A stretch of 63,378 bases of DNA from Syncephalis fuscata S228 (GCA_025786725.1 JAHLTZ010000068.1:1-63378), one strand, 5' to 3'; counted from the stretch's first letter, positions 11,790-27,800 are shown. Program-made: numbers and translations. Notes: generated from the sequence alone by a model not told the origin.

Positions 11790-14700
11790 TTATATAATAT
11801 GTGGCACATAGACCATAGAGCTTCGGGTATTCTCCATTTGTGCTAGTTGTAATTTAGTCACTAAACGGAATCTAGTTGGGATCATTGGATCGGTGGGAAG
11901 TGCATCCAGTGCCAGTCGTAAATATTCAGTCCATTGGCGGAAATTGTCCCAATCGTCTGCTTGGAAGATGACGGGCCATGCACCCGCCCTTAAACAGAAC
12001 ACATGGCGGAATCGGCCCGTTGATGCCTCGGACGCTGTCACTACAGTGCGATGTAGCATAATCGTCGTTTGATGTGCGTATTGATGTGCTTCACTCGTCT
12101 CTTTAGTCACCACGAGTCTATCGTTGAATAGGAAGCAGTGCATACGACCATTGGCTTGACCCGCTTTAGGATAGTAGAGTAATTCGCCTTGATGCAGTAG
12201 GCGTGAATCCATATGCAACAATGGTTGAGGCAAGCTAAGTAGGCGTCGTTGCACCGTAGCTACTTGTTCCAACACGGTAATCCTATCCAAATCTGGTGTT
12301 AAACACTCCAATAGACGGTGTAATTCATCGACTGAATTATCGGCAATCTTTTGGGCTAGACTGTTTGGTGGACATAAATCAGCCGCCACTTCTAGAAAAC
12401 CCACATAAGCACAGATACGCTCACGTGGCTTGGCCAGAATAGAGCGTAGATTAACGTAACCCGCTAAACGTTCACATTCTCGTAACTGTTTAGCAAATTT
12501 ACTATCACGACAGCACAAACGCTCTAGCGCTATTAATGCACGCGGGAATCGATCTACATAGTCGGCGTATAACCGAAGACCCCGTACACGCTGTTCAAAC
12601 ACGGCCACTACTTTATCAATAGGGCCATGTTCACGCTGTAGTGCTTGTAGTTCACTTGAAAAGTCCAAATGAAAGGCGAGTAGATTAGGTACAAAGGCAA
12701 ATATACCATCAATCTCTCTCACCATACTAGGTGTATCATTAGAAGTGGTCTCGGCTTCAATAATCTCCGCCATTCTCTGACCGCTTAAATGACTGATCGC
12801 ATCAGCATTGGCATTCAACGTTGAATCGTGTGACTTTCTTCTAATTGCACCGGTAGCAGTGGTCGATGGTCCATCCAATGTACTGATGTTAATGCCATCA
12901 TTGCTCTCAGCTATAGGCGGGCTTGATTCATAGATATTAGACGAGGAGGACGAGGATGCTGTGGTGGTCATACTGTTATTCCTTGATAGACTACGATGTT
13001 TAACGGTAAATGAACTGGCTCGTCTACCTAGCCATCCACTGAATGAACCATCGCGACTACAGTAATAGTCGTGTAAAGGTCGCCAGAAATCATCTCGCAT
13101 CACTTCAAGACTACGAACTAGAATACTTTCAGCCCGTGCCTGTTTAGATAGCAACACCATTAAACTCTGATGATTATCTAAATAAATATTGTATTAATTA
13201 GTTGATATCAATATCAATATATACTGTTATTATATTTACCTTCGGCTATTTGTTCATCGTCGGTTAGGTTATGCTTGTCATCTTCTATGTCACTTGGTGT
13301 GTCACTGTCCACTGGCTCTAATATTTGACTGGATCGGTTATTGATGATAGTGGTCGTTGTATTGGATGCAATAATCGATGTTGTGGGCTGTGACGATATC
13401 GATAGTGACCGTGAAGATCTAGTGGCCAGTATTTGTGTATCACTATCTTGATCGTCACCGTTTAATGAACCAGTACTATCACGATATCCGTCACGGGCTG
13501 CATACATAACTCGTCGTACATTCTTGGCCACCCATCCAGATCCAGGGGCACCAGTGACTGTATTAGTATCAGTGTCATTAGATGGTGTACTATTGGTATC
13601 ATTGGTATCATTATTAGATGTAGATGTAGCCACAGTAGTCACTTTTGGTGTAGTCACTTCTGGTGTAGTTGTATCATCACTCATCAAATATAATGCTGTT
13701 ATCTTGCGTCGAATTAAATGTAATTCAGCTGATAAACGAGCCACTCTTGGTGATTGTGGTACATTTGCCAATACAGTCTTTTTAGTTGTTGATGCAGCTG
13801 TTGTTAATGGTGTGGGCCGTGTCGTTCTACGTCTACCACCACCATCATTACTATTATTCGTTGATGCAGCACCTTCTCTGGATACACGTAGACATGGGTC
13901 ACGCCAGTTATTAGTATCTGCTTCGATATCAGCACTGAATGCTCGTCGATGATGTCGACCATTACGTTGTACACTATTAGTAGTAATATTACCTGCTGTA
14001 GTATCTGTATTTATAGACATCGATGGCTGCCATGATGTTCTCTGTGATGATCTAGAGGCAATTTGTTGTTGTTGTATAGACTCACGTCGACGGGCTGCAG
14101 CATGTCGATAATGATAACTTTCAATATCATTAAATGAAGGTGAATGGCTGCCTTCTTTACTAATATTAGATTCATTAGTTGATTCAATTGGATCTTGTTG
14201 AGATCGGGCCAATGTTACTTGTGTTGATGACTGTTCGTCATTGTTTGTTGGTACTAGTTCTTCTAGACTATCAGCTCTGAATCGTAGTGGTGTTTTGACT
14301 AATAAAGGATCGGCCATACCGTCACTTTCTTCATCAGTCAACAGTGTATCAGTTCTTAGCTTAACATCAATGTTATCAGCATCGTCAATGTCATCAATGT
14401 TAGTAGCAGTGGCTATAATTGATTCTTGATTGAATGAATTGGCATGTGATGTTTGACCAGAAGGTGTATTAGTAACATAATCATTCATGACATCAAGTGT
14501 GTCAAAATAGTGTGGCTGTATTAAAGGTGTATCATTTACGCCTTTAGGTTGAATATTATTATTACGTAAAAATGCAGCTGATGATGACATAATAGGTCGA
14601 TCAGATAATTGGTTGTTATCTGGTGCATTGTTGTTATCGGTGGGCCATTCACATACAACAGCGGCAACTTCTAATTCAGACAATTCACCTTCAGCTTCAA

Positions 14701-16965
14701 CTTGTTCAGCCAAATTCTGTAATGAAGTAGCCATTGCTAATATATATAGTTTAGTACTCATTAGTACTCATATTATATATATTCATATTATTGTTACTTA
14801 CCAGCCATGGATCCATCGCGGTGACTACGTGTTCTATAACTAGTTAGATTGGTGGTAGTATTGGCATCGGTACCAGATCCTTCACTGCTATTAGAACGGG
14901 ATAAAGTGGGACTGCGCCATGAGGGACGATGTGAACGACGTGATATATTACGCGTATTTCCAATAGATGATTCGTGACGTGTATGATCAGCTGAATACGA
15001 TGAATGATGTCGTGTACGGCGACCACGTGAGCCACGTCGTTGAAATGGTGCAGCAAACATTGATTTATATCGATTACGGCGGAATGGATCAGCTGCTTTG
15101 TCTTCGTCGCTTTCTTCACCTCCACTTGGCATCATAGAGTCATATCGAATACGGGCCATATTAAGTGGTAATTCAAAGTCGCTTTCATGTTCATTATCGT
15201 CATCTTCTACTTCATCACTTGGCTGATCTTCATGGTCATGACTAGATGGTGATGACAATAGTTGTTTATCTTTACTAGCAGATGAATCTATATTGATAGA
15301 TTTGTTTGATACATATAATGGATGTGGTGACTGTTGCTGCTTACCATCTACATCTACATCTACATCTGCATCTACATTTTTTTCCGCCTTTACTACTGAT
15401 GATGTAACTTCTTGTCGACTATGATTAACAATAGTACTGGCCGTCGATACATCAGTAGCACAAGAAATGGTGGAAACACGACGTGATCCATCACCATTAA
15501 TAAGTGGCTGTTGAGCTGTGGAATTGGCCGTAAAAAAGGACACATCCATAATAGTACTGCTGCTTTTACGTTTAGCTCTTAATGCTAGTGTTTCATCGTC
15601 CAATTGTATATCGGCATAGTGTAATGCAGAGGAACTAGCCGATGCACGTGGCAATGTAGTGATTTGTTGTGGTGTAGCCGTACTATGACCAGCTACTTCA
15701 TTACAATGCTGTTGTTCATTTGTAATGGAGCATAACTCATGAAGTGGCGGTTTGGGACTGGCACAGAGATTACGTGCAGCAGTGGATCGACCCGATACAC
15801 TTGTACGATGTCCACTATTGCCACCACTGCTGGTGGCAGTGTAAAGGGGAGTGGGTGTATGCAGTACAGTCGATGTACACGATTTAGAACGTGAATGGCC
15901 TCTACGACGAGGTGGACGAGGTGGTGGTGTGGTGGGTGGCGGTGTACGGGCAGAGTGAAATGTTACATCGGGCCATGTACCATCACGTGGAATAATACCG
16001 GCCGAATAAGGTTGACGTAAAAAGACGGGGCTGTCTACTGGTGACTGTCCAAATTGCTCGGCAATTGGCACGAGTGGCGGTGGGAGACAGCGGCGAGAAC
16101 GTGCATTCATAGTCAATGACGATCGGCTAGTCAATGCAGTTCGTGTATTGCCGGTGTTAATAGTAGTAGAACTAGAGCCTGGATGGGGCCATGTAATACT
16201 GTTGCTATTGGCATCGGCATTGACAAAGTTTGATGACAAGTGAGTGGGTAGATACTGCTGTAACCTATTGGGAAACTCGGGCGGTGTAGATGCCGCACGT
16301 GGTAATAGATAATGTGGTAACTGAATGGGTACCTGTGGTGACAACGCTGTATCATTAACAACAGCAACAGAAGGTTCTGTTACGGGTAGATTGACCAGTG
16401 TGATGACTGATTTTGTAACAGTCGATTCTGTTGGTGGTGGTGATAATGACGTAATTGTAGTTATTTCAGTATCTGTGTTTGTTGTGGCAGGTATTGATGG
16501 CGTCGATTTTGCTGTTGATGCATACGAAGGTACAGGATAGTGTAAATACGTCGGTGCCAATGTGGATGTTGACTTATTTGGCTTTTTTACGGAGTTCTTT
16601 TTCTTTGACTTTGCTGTATCGTCTGTTTTATTGGCCACTGAATCAGATGATGGCCAAAATTCACCAGATAATGGCCGAATACCTGCAAATAGAGATGATT
16701 TACTACTGTCAGCACGGCTATTCCTATCCGTCGGTAATGAACGGGTTGATCCAGACGATACTATGTAGTCAGTCGGTGTTTGAGCTGTCGCTGGAATAAT
16801 AGGTGAAGATATATTGTGAATTATTTCTTTCGATTTACGATGAGTACTAAACCGATGCCGCAACGATAAGGCACGCCGAAATATATTCGTCTTTGGCCGA
16901 TCCACGGCGGATGCCACCCCATTTGGTTTCAATTCGCCCATATTGCCTTCAAGTGCGCCTAACAA
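11790..16965 (-). CDS. Rho guanine-nucleotide exchange factor (C-terminal DH + PH) with very long low-complexity N-terminus
   Basis: Three ORFs joined by GT-AG introns (~14737-14801 and ~13179-13239). DH motifs (LYADYVDRF, LRSILAKPRERICAY) and PH motifs (LLHQGEL, HCFLFNDRLVVT, FRQWTEYL). The 5' exon and true start are uncertain. Confidence 0.85.
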
Positions 16966-17724
16966 ATACTAAATAAAATAATGTTAAAATTTGCCAATTA
17001 TACGGCGTACAAAACAAAAACAAATCCAAATTCGGTAATGATATAGGTCGTGAGAATGGCCGTCGTTGTTGTGATACAAGGCCCCTAACTATTCAAAAAA
17101 GAGCAGACGAAAGGGAAGGAGCGTGCAGGCGTAACAGAAGGCTTTGAACAGTCGATGGTTAGAGAACGAGGGAAGGCAAGTAAAAAGACGGTTCGATAAG
17201 GCAAAACTAGAGAATAATGGACAAGCAGAGAAGAAGCGGAAGAAGAAGAGGAGGAGGAGGAGGGATAGTAGCTGTAGTCAATAGCAAGCGGCAATGGCTG
17301 CTAAGCGTTGACGGTGCAGCGGAGATCGATAATAATAATAGCGGAGAAACGTAAAAACTAAGTAGTGGCAGTGACTTTAACTAAAAACATAGCATAAAGT
17401 AGAATAAAATAATATCGATCAAGATATGCAATCAAACGGATGCGCAAATGCCGAACAAAGAATTGTACACCGGTAAGTAATTGCTTTTAGTGAGCTTTGT
17501 TTCAATAACCAGTTCAAACCACTGCAATGAGATTGTTGTTGTTGTTGTTGTTCAGTTAAAGATAGTGCGAATATTGGTAAAAGTAGAACAAAATACAAAA
17601 AGAACTTGCCAATAAACAGTGACACTGCAAGCTTAACGAAAGAAGATAAAAGCGTAAAAGTAAATTGAATGGTGGTGATTATTCGTATTAATCAAAATAG
17701 CGTTGATGTTAAAAATAGTGAATT

Positions 17725-17760
17725 GATGTGCGTGTGTGTGAGTGTGTGAGTGTGTGTGTG
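17725..17760. repeat. Imperfect (GT)n microsatellite
   Basis: gatgtgcgtgtgtgtgagtgtgtgagtgtgtgtgtg. Confidence 0.7.
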
Positions 17761-20700
17761 ATAGTCGAATGGTCAAGTGGTGTGCGTTGTGTGATAAAAA
17801 AGTAGAGGAGAAAGAGTAAGAATGAGAAAGAGTGCGTGATAAGTGAAGGATGGCTGGTACAATGTGTGAGCGCAAAGGGTATCAGTAAAGCTATGATTGT
17901 GGAGTAGGCAGCATTAAAACAGCCAAGCATGAAATATGGCACGTGAAAAGTTTAGGACTATGACAGCCAAGAAATAAAGAAAGAGAAAAAGAAGTAGTAG
18001 TAAAAATGGTATATATGAATGGAGTCAAGATTACCGGTATTTACCGGTTTACTACTGATCAAGGTGATGATGGTAAAAGAAAAGGTATGTTTTTATCAAA
18101 TTAAGATTATAAAGCAAGTTACTATGTAAATGTTAAAGTTTAAGCCATATCATATATCAATCTATCGATTTATCAATCAATTCTAGTGTACTGTATCAAT
18201 ACACTAGATTGATAGATTGCAGTAATATGAATTATCATGTCATAAGATAATAAAATGGCTAGTGCTTTGTTCATTATCATTATTGTAAGTGCAATAAGCT
18301 TACAAAGTTTATCATTGGCATATCAAATATTTCTGCTTTAGTATCAGCATGAGTAGCCATTGATCATAAAGCAAGGCTGTATCATGGATGCGGGGTAACA
18401 AGCAGACTGTCCAAACAAACAATGCTTTGTATTGCTTACCTCTGGCATGCCTATCAATAATCACAAATAACAATTTATGTGCAGAATAAACAATCGTTCA
18501 ATAAACAAAAAAGAGATAGAATAGTCATCAATTATACAATCGTAACATACGGGGAAAAAGAAAGAGAGAGAGAGAGAGAAAGTGGCGGAAGAGGGAGGAG
18601 CGTAACAACAGTGGCGGTTTATTCGTTCGTTATAGAGAAAATGATGGCATTCGACACGTGTTATGTGGCTACAACAACAGCAACAGCGACTTGAAAGACT
18701 CGTGGCAATAAAGGCGAAGGGGTGGCGAAGAGCGAGTTGGTGAGGTCCTTGATAGAGGCACAGACTATATAATATTTGCTGACCACAGATCATGACGGCT
18801 ATTGGTAGTTTAATCTATCGACTGTTCGTTAAACGTCCTATGAAGTGCATCGACGTTGTCCTATCATAATTGATTGTGGTACAACAATAACGGTAACGAC
18901 AAAGAGGCTAATGGTGACAGTGGCAACAATGACAACGATAACAACAAGTATTTGGGCCAGATACTCGGCCTGGAGACTATAGTTTCGTACCTTACTTGTA
19001 ACACCGCACATCATTTCGTGTATAACAAAACTAGATCAATCAATTACTAACTAGCAAGTCTGTGTATTGTACACACTTGAATGTATTTAGTTGAGCATTT
19101 TTAGTGTTTTACTAATGACTGTAGGCATTACGAATAGATTAAGCATCAGTAAATGAATTTAATTAAATAGTTATATATGTACTTGCATATCTATTAATAA
19201 TAGTGATAGTAATGACCATAAATACAAATATTACAACTAGCTTATTTTCAAGCCGTAGGTATTGATTTTGAATTACACCGGCTTGTAATAGTTCGCCTAT
19301 ACGCTTGCTAAATTGGCAGCAAAATGGTGTAATCTAAATAGGCCTTCAACAATTATTAGATAGGCAACGATAATAGCCGGCAATGTTCATGTGATCGTAA
19401 AGTTATAACTAGCTAACATCTATGTATTATGATGGAAAGGATTCTTATAATTGCTATAACGGTGTAGATAGGTCAGTCTATAGTATGATGGCCATTGCCT
19501 CTATGCCTTATTCCTACTAGATTTACACTGCCATTCTATACGGAATACAATATTTCTAATAGAAAGAATATTAGTAATAAAGGTGGTTAAAATAGATAGC
19601 GGCAGTGGCTATAGTCAGACAAGTATTGTGTCGTCATCATCATTGTCATCATTACTATTGTTAGGGGCAGCTGTCAATGGGCCTGGTCGCTACAAAGTAT
19701 ATGAGTTGCTGGTAGGACGCCATTGCAACACATGACTTTCAATGTAACCATTGAGCAACTCAGCTGTAGTAGCTGCAGTGTTGTACGAAGCATCGTTTAC
19801 TATGTGCAATTGCTATAGTCACGTAGTTTGCTATTTCATTCTCCGACTATACGCATCGTAGATATAGCTACGAAAAGATATTAAAAATCCGATAGACATG
19901 CATGATCTGCCATTAAGCATGACGACGATTGACAAAAGTGCAGGTCGATGCGTATAGCATAGCATTATTGGCTTGCTAATTATCACTAAAGCAGGACCAG
20001 TTGTCATACATCATTACTAATATAACTTTAGCTAATTAGCCAACGGCTAATAGTCTAATAAACGTTACCGCATGTTTTACGCCATTAATCTTTGTTTAAA
20101 AACAGTTTATTTAGCCGTTAATTGCATTCTAGTAATTTCAAATCTTTTTACTAAAAATAAAGCAAAAGAATTGTCAATAGCACATATCACAAGATCTTTT
20201 TTCTCAAGAACATAAGATCTATCAGCTGAGTTTGTTTCAGCACTAATGCACTATATGTACTAGTGCATGCTATCGGTATCGGCACATGTGTGCTCGCATC
20301 GAACGTTTAATTGAGGCTTGGCGGCAGCAACGACAGATACAATAAAATATAGTTTATTTGAAACAAAACGTAGACTACACGTGACAATTGCCACTAGGAC
20401 GCAAATACAAAGTACTCATTTTATCTGAACGTTTATCGTGTATTGCCATGGGAACAAAATTAGGCTATCACCAAAGCAGATGGACAGAAAGTGTGCGGCG
20501 GGTCTAAACATACCACGCGTAGCGAGTCCATTGCGAATAGTATGAAACAATTGGTGAACCGGTTATTCAAGTCCATGTGCTCATTCCCTAAATTGCCCTG
20601 TTCTTTGTTGCACGTCGCCGTCACAAACACTGAATTTGCTTGGTCCATAGTCTGAACCTGTTCGACTCGCTAATCATAATTGGTTAATTGCACGCCGTGA

Positions 20701-23700
20701 ATGACAAAAAATAGAACGCGACGAGTATGAAGACTATTTCCACAACTTACACTACAAGTCTCCACACAGCAACACCTATTGACCAATAAACACCAACCTT
20801 TGAAATAGTTTTGTTTTGCATTCCGTTTATTAGCTCGACGGCATTAAGCAACGACGTTGAGCTGTTGGCCAATTAATGCAATGCAGACATATTAAAAGTC
20901 CGCAGAATTGGTAATTATCCCGCTGCAGTACAGCTGCTTTGTAATTGCCTAGTAGCATGGACCAGGCGGTACAATCAATGCGTTTGTAAAGTAAGAAAGA
21001 GAAAAAAGGGACAGCTGAACGATTGAGCGGAGTGCAATGAGAAGGGAGGAAGGAAGGGAGAGCGAGCGAAGAGGTGGCGTACGCTTACAGTATTGGTTGG
21101 TATCATTTTTGTCGCCCAAAAAACCAATGGTGACCCGTCAGGTGCTACCGGCATAAGCTGTACCTTTGCGAACAGTCTCATCCCTTGAGCTATTTAGGTA
21201 GTAATAGCCATAGCTATTGTGGTAACAAATAGTGCAAAGTAGTAATATCGACAATAATGGCCATAGTCATCAATGATTCCGGCAACCAATAGCTTATCGC
21301 TGGTTCGTTCACTCGCCCTCCCTTCGGTTTTAGTTGTTGTTACTGCCATGCCTATCACTGGCTTCATCCTTCCTTGCCTGATTGATTGCTCTTTTACTCG
21401 CTCTATTCGTTCTGTTTCTCATTGCCTTCCCGTCAACCAAAACACCGTCACACAAGCGATATCGCTTTGAATGGTCGGCCCGCATGTCTTTTTAAATCCA
21501 CACGTCGTCATCGTTCTCGAGTCATGCTTGCGCGTTCGTTGGTTATTTTTACACTTTATTCGCTTCAACTCACGGGCGCCATTGCCCTTTATCCCTCTTT
21601 CTCCTTTCCGTCATTTCATTGCTTTGGATCAACAAGCATTGATTTGTTCGTCCATAACACTGCTCTTTTACCAGCAGCTATATCGCTGCCTGTCAGCCTA
21701 CACCCATATATTGTACACTGTGATAAACTTGTCGTTTAACTACTGCCGCCAACGTGTAATATACAACAAACTGGCTTTATTGTCATATTTTGCCTACTAA
21801 TCTACTAGTAGTGTCAATATTTGGTAAGTGTTGGGTAGTAGATGGCTATTGAGAATGCGATATAATTGAATAGCACAGCGGAATGTCGTTTAATAATACC
21901 GTTATGGCTGCCATTATTAGCCATATCATTTATTGCCACACAGTGCAATAATCATTTTTGCTTATCGCTTTATCAGCAAATCTTTATTACTTGTTTTTTG
22001 TTAACAAAAAAAAGCAGCTTTTCATCTCCGTCAGTAACAGTCACACTTGTTATTGTTACAAACAGATGCAACTTTTTACTACAATGTTGCCATGCATCCA
22101 ATCTTTTACTGTGCATGACATGCCATCATTTGAGCACGCACACGCCTTGTCATTTATTATTGATTATTTGATTTTTCCTCGTTTGGCACTAGCGTCGAAT
22201 TTATCGGACCGTATTTTCTATGAAATTGAGTTCCTCATGATTTGACACCCGATATTTCTAGCCTGCCATCCAAAGATATAATTGTGCGGATGTTAATATT
22301 CCAGATGAATGATCATCCAAAACGGGTGGTTGTTTAGTTTCTGTCTAAGCACGCGGTTCTCAACAACACTCAACATGTACTAGTTGATATAATTGAATTA
22401 CTGCGAGTGAGTGAGTGAGTGGGGGTGGAAGTGAGTTTATGAGCGTTTGTACACCCATACGATTGTTTTTTCGTATCACCGGCCTCGACTACATTTGCTC
22501 CTTTCGTTTCAGCTTTTTGTGAGGCCAGCATTGTTCATGGCAAATGGTACAACTGATTGGCCATAGCCAAAGCATGCGCACTAGCACACAATTTCTCCAA
22601 GGTCAACAGAGCTAGCACTGTGTACAGGTGGATGCGTTGATGTAGGTTGGCGTGTGTATGGACCAACATCACGCTGCTGCTGTTTTCTATGTAAACCATT
22701 TGTTTCAAGTGTAATGTTGCGTCTAGCTTTTTTACCCGTTTAATTTGTGATCATGCGTTCAACATATTCACTTTAATTACTTCCATACGAGCAATACACG
22801 AGGTAATTGTTCTTTATTGTATCTACCTTTATGAACATCCTGTTATATTGTATTTTCCGTGCTCCCCTGCATTTTTTTCTTATGGTCGCGCGAATGTAAT
22901 GCGTGCTCGTCTTTTGATTTGCCTGACTGGTGCAATCCAATCTTGGCCATCATTATGCTTAGCCGCAGACTTGTTGGTAACACGCGTTTATTGGCGGATG
23001 ACAACGCAGCATGGCATTGCCAGCTGGGCATTCATTCTACAGTGTACCAATGCATGTCTGTGCCGCCATATATACCTGCATTACTTTACTCCGCCTCATT
23101 GCCGCTTTTTATCCTTGCTTCTCTCTTTTTCTTCACTGTTTGCTTTGCTCTTAGCAATAACATCATAACACTTGACCAGCCGGCCTGGTAACCCTCTCTC
23201 TCTCTCTATCTCTCTACACTGTTCACTCTGTACTTGTCTACTTTTTCGCCTCTTCTTTATATCCATTAACCTTTACGTTCGCTGGCCGTTCGTTTTTCAC
23301 CTCAAGACACTTACTCGCTCACTCTCAGCTCTACTGTGTTTAGTTCGACTGTTTTATATCTTTTATTCGTCTTTTTGTTTTGATCCATTATCAAAACAAA
23401 TACATTGACGATAGTAACACTCATCGCTGTAGTTACCCTTGATTAAGAATTAACTGTTTTTTACTTGATCTATTGTTTACTACTGCTTTTCCAGTAACAC
23501 TTGTCTATTCATCTTTGTTACATTGATTGGATTTATTGCTGTTACAATTGCTCAGTTCATTTGATTGGCCACACTACCACTACACTTTTGTATTTCTTTG
23601 CTTTATTACGGGTTTCCTGCTTGTACACTTGTATTGAACTTTTACGTCAAGCAAACGCTTTTATTTACAGCACACGTCTTGCGTGCCTTGACTTGTAGAA

Positions 23701-24841
23701 ACACTTGACATTACATTCCACTGTAGGCATTTTATTTTATTATTGCCATAATAATAATAACTGTGTAGCGACAACATTTGCTAACTATTTTTGTATTTTT
23801 ATTAATAGACAATTACAACCCACCTTCTGAATACTTTTCCAATAGCTTTATTGGTATTAGTATTTAGTATCCCATTCCTTTTAAACGGTCCATTGCCTGT
23901 CAATTCCAAGGTGAGTATCATTTGCTGCTTGTTGAGCACCAATCAAATCATGGTCCATATCAATCATTTTGCGCGCACGTGTTTGCATGCCTCTCGCCTT
24001 TGTTCTTGCCATTGCCCTTTCGTTCTTTCCTGGCCATGAAACTTGTTGTTGTTAACAACAATAACAATGTATCATGGTTGACTATGAGTATAACGATGGC
24101 TGCTACGTCATGTTAGGCCTTTGCTCGACTGTTTGTTGTAAAACATTGTTTATCTGCGCAATAACCATTGATCCTGGCAATGGTGATCCAGTGATAATTC
24201 GTGCAGCCATCACTGCAATAGCCGTTGCTGCAGTACCACGTTGAATTTCGAGTATGCGCGTGTAGTACACTCATATTTGATGGTTTGTCGTGGCACGTAG
24301 GCATCATTATCTATTGGCAGCACATAAGGCATTTCATGTTGAGCAAAGTGGATTTTGTCGGTCATAGTGATGGTGCGTGCGCGCGTGACCGCTTTCATGT
24401 TATTGGTTTAAGCAATGCAATGTCCATTTGCTTGCAGCAATACAACAACACCATGTCAATATCCCATTTACTATCGATATGTGATTAGTATTTTGTTGCA
24501 CTGCACTGCGCTGCATTACTGAACAACAACTTGACTGCATAGCGCACGCGCCACATGCTCATATCTATTCTTTGTAGCACTGTATATGTGTGTGTGAAAG
24601 AGAGAGTGTGTGTGTTTATGAGCTATTATTACTTTTTATTATGGCTTTGCTTTTACAGAATAGTCAACGCATTTTTCGTTTATTCTTTCGTTCTTTCATT
24701 TGATGTAAGTGGTCGTTTGCTTGATCCAATCACCATTGAGCGCGTGCCAAATGTAGACCTTGACTTTTTGTGCTACCACGTTGTCATGGCTTTTGCCTTT
24801 GACGTGTATCGCCACCGTTTCTATCACCATTGTTACTATGG

Positions 24842-24888
24842 TCATCACCATTATCATCATCATCATCATCATCATCGTCACTATCATC
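24842..24888. repeat. (CAT)n microsatellite
   Basis: tcatcaccattatcatcatcatcatcatcatcatcgtcactatcatc. It produces the spurious poly-His/Met/Ser/Ile ORFs in the track. Confidence 0.75.
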
Positions 24889-27800
24889 CAATGGTATGTG
24901 TGGATGTGTGGATGTGTGCGTGTATTGTTTGGTCACTTTTACGGATTCATTTGCAGTGACTGCTCATGTACTTTATGAAGAGCAAAGAAAGAAAGGAGCG
25001 AGTGCAGCTAGTCAGTAGTGAATAGCGTGCTTATCCTGTAGCATTGATTTGCCGAGTAAATCTGCAATCATTTTGCAATATACTTCGGAAATAAGATTCG
25101 CTATAGACTTTTGACGAGTACAGGATATGATACAGCTACAGCTATGCAGCTCATTAAAAAATTCCCGTTACTTAGCTCTCTTCAATGTGCGTGTCATTAA
25201 CACCGAACTGGATCCGCAAAGTTCACGCGCGCACAACTGCACGTAAACCAATTATTGTGCACCGTGCAACGATGACCCTACACACACGCACACACTATGA
25301 TACTTGCTTTCTACAAATGATCTTATAAATCCTATTGATGTCAATGATATGGCGGGGTAGTGGATAATAATAGAAGTCGATCAATTTTCGCTTATCTATC
25401 TTTAATACCAACAACAACACACTGTAATGGGTATTATAGTCATTCATTTACTACAATCACATCTTCTACGCACTTTTCTTAATCCAAAATACGGTGGCAT
25501 TAGAATAGATTTCAATGCACACGCACACACCACCTGTTTAGCCTATCGATATTTCTTTTTTAGTACATGTACATCAATTTTATTCTATCATTATTATTCC
25601 ACAGCTCGCTGCAGCTTGCTTGCTTGCTACTCGTTCTTTTCTTTTCTGGCGGCTTTTCCTTCTCTGCATGCCAACCTCTCCATCTTGCATATCATTCCCC
25701 CTTTTTTTCAAATATTATTGGTAGTACATGACCGCGATAGCCGCGTGAGCTATTCTTTTAGGATTAGTAGAGTGTTGTTTTAGTGGCCGTTGTCTCCGTT
25801 GTGGACACACGCATGCTCGCGTGTTCATTGGCGCTTACCTGTCACAAATCACTTGCACGCGCTCTGTCTGCCTGTCTATCTTTACTATCTGACATCCCGT
25901 CTTCTTCCTTGGCTTCAGTGGTTGGTGTTTATCTCGCCTTGCGCCGTGCCATCCGGTTTGTGTTTTTTCACTGGCCACGTAATGGGCAACGCTCACCAAT
26001 GATATGGACATGGTGCCAGCCCACCACCACTACTTGCCTTTCACTCGTAGATAGTGATTGTACTAGCAGTGTGTGGGCGCCAGAATAGTTCTTATTCATT
26101 TCGAGTCCCCGGCGCATTGGTTGGTTGCTATTGTTCCATGGTCGGCCTTTTCTCTCTCTCTCTGCCTCTCTGCCTCTCTGCCTCTCCGTCTTCCAGCAGT
26201 AGATGAATAGACACGTTCATTAGCAATGTTGTGTATGGGTGGCTTGTATCTATCACTTGACTTTTTTTGATTCCCGTGCCCTTTCTAAAATTGCTGCCTT
26301 CTGCCTGTCTCGCTTCCCCTGGCTCGCCTTGCGCAAACCACCTTCATTCGCTCGTATCACGCGCTTCCCATCGACTATCTCTCTCTCCGTCTTTTCATTT
26401 CCTCTCTGTCTCTCTCTCCCATCCTGTGTCTCATCCTTCATCCATCGTCCAAAGGTGTATGGGTCAGTAAGTGTGGTTGGCTGTAAGCAGTAACTACTTA
26501 TTTATCACTGGGCAAAGCCCGTTGTTGATCTATAATATTTACCAGCCTCTCCACGCTCACTTTTCTTTATATATCCACGCTACTCGGCCCTTCTTTTACC
26601 ATTACCTTACTTTTTACTGTATCCCTCTTCAGTAACCTAATCATTTTATTACCATCATCATCATCATCAGCCATATAGATATATTTATATTTATATAGTC
26701 ACAGCACTATATATCTATGCTATTACTATTGGCACCTTCTCTGTTTCTCTTTTTTGGTTATTATTGATTGGAGCCCTTACTCTCTCCCTCTCCCTTTCTC
26801 TCTCTCTTTTGTGTGTCTGTTATCTATCCACTCCTTTATTATATAGCGTGTATACGCGTTCCATTTCCTTTTTTTCTTATTCTACTCAGTAGGTTCTCCT
26901 TTCTATCCTTTTGGATTATTTACTATTGTACTACTCTTTGTGCGTGCAACACTTCTATTCTTTACCTATTTTGTCGGCACCCGTTTTTTGAACGGTGCAC
27001 ACACACGTCTCTTTGTAGTCTGTCACTACGATTAGCACGTGCGTGTATTTGTGTGTGTATACTTATTAGTGATCATTCATAGACTTTAATACTATTACTG
27101 TCTAATAAGCTACTACTTCTCTACACATATAGATCAATTACTATTGATTTATCAATTTACTTCTCCTTTTCATCTATTCTGTTTATTGATATTGTGACTT
27201 TCGCATTTTGTTTTTTGTAGTTTGCTATTGTCGTCCACTTGTAAACCGCTTATACGGATATTCATACTACTATTGCCGCTATTCAACTGGCAATTGTACT
27301 TTTTATTAGTTGTATCTGGTAGGTACAAGCTAGCCCATTATTGATCAATAAGCGCTATTGAATGACATCTCACTGCTTGCTCCGAGTTGCTTAAATGACT
27401 GCGTATTTGTTTACATGATGTGCATGTAGATATAAAGAGCAGCAGGCACATGCATATGCGCCAATGTTTATTGTGGTATGCTTGGTCAAGGTGCTACAAC
27501 ATCTTACTTTTAAAGAGTATTGGATACAGCTATTGTTGTATTGTATCTATCGTTATTGCTGTATAGAACACCAATAGATTGCTGTGTAGAAGAAACGTTG
27601 ATTCGATGCAACATTTTTTGTTCACGTGGTCCATCAACGACCTCATTGAACATGGTCACATTGAGATGGTCACATTGTGGATACATCGTGACTATTAGTA
27701 TAACATTAGTAGTATTTTGTTATTACAATTGCTATTTCTATTGCTTTATGACGATAATGGTAGATAAATGACACAATACGTACCTTACTTTTGATCCTTT

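Noticed and set aside
13524-16799. Antisense and alternate-frame ORFs inside the RhoGEF (likewise inside APSES, G6PD and PPR)
   Set aside because: Shadow ORFs of real coding sequence.
20510-26865. ACGCG (MCB/StuA-response-like) sites upstream of the APSES gene
   Set aside because: Too few and too short to distinguish from chance in 11 kb.
17085-27771. Numerous 60-130 aa ORFs
   Set aside because: Low-complexity Leu/Phe/Cys-rich translations of CT/GT-rich non-coding DNA with no domain motifs.
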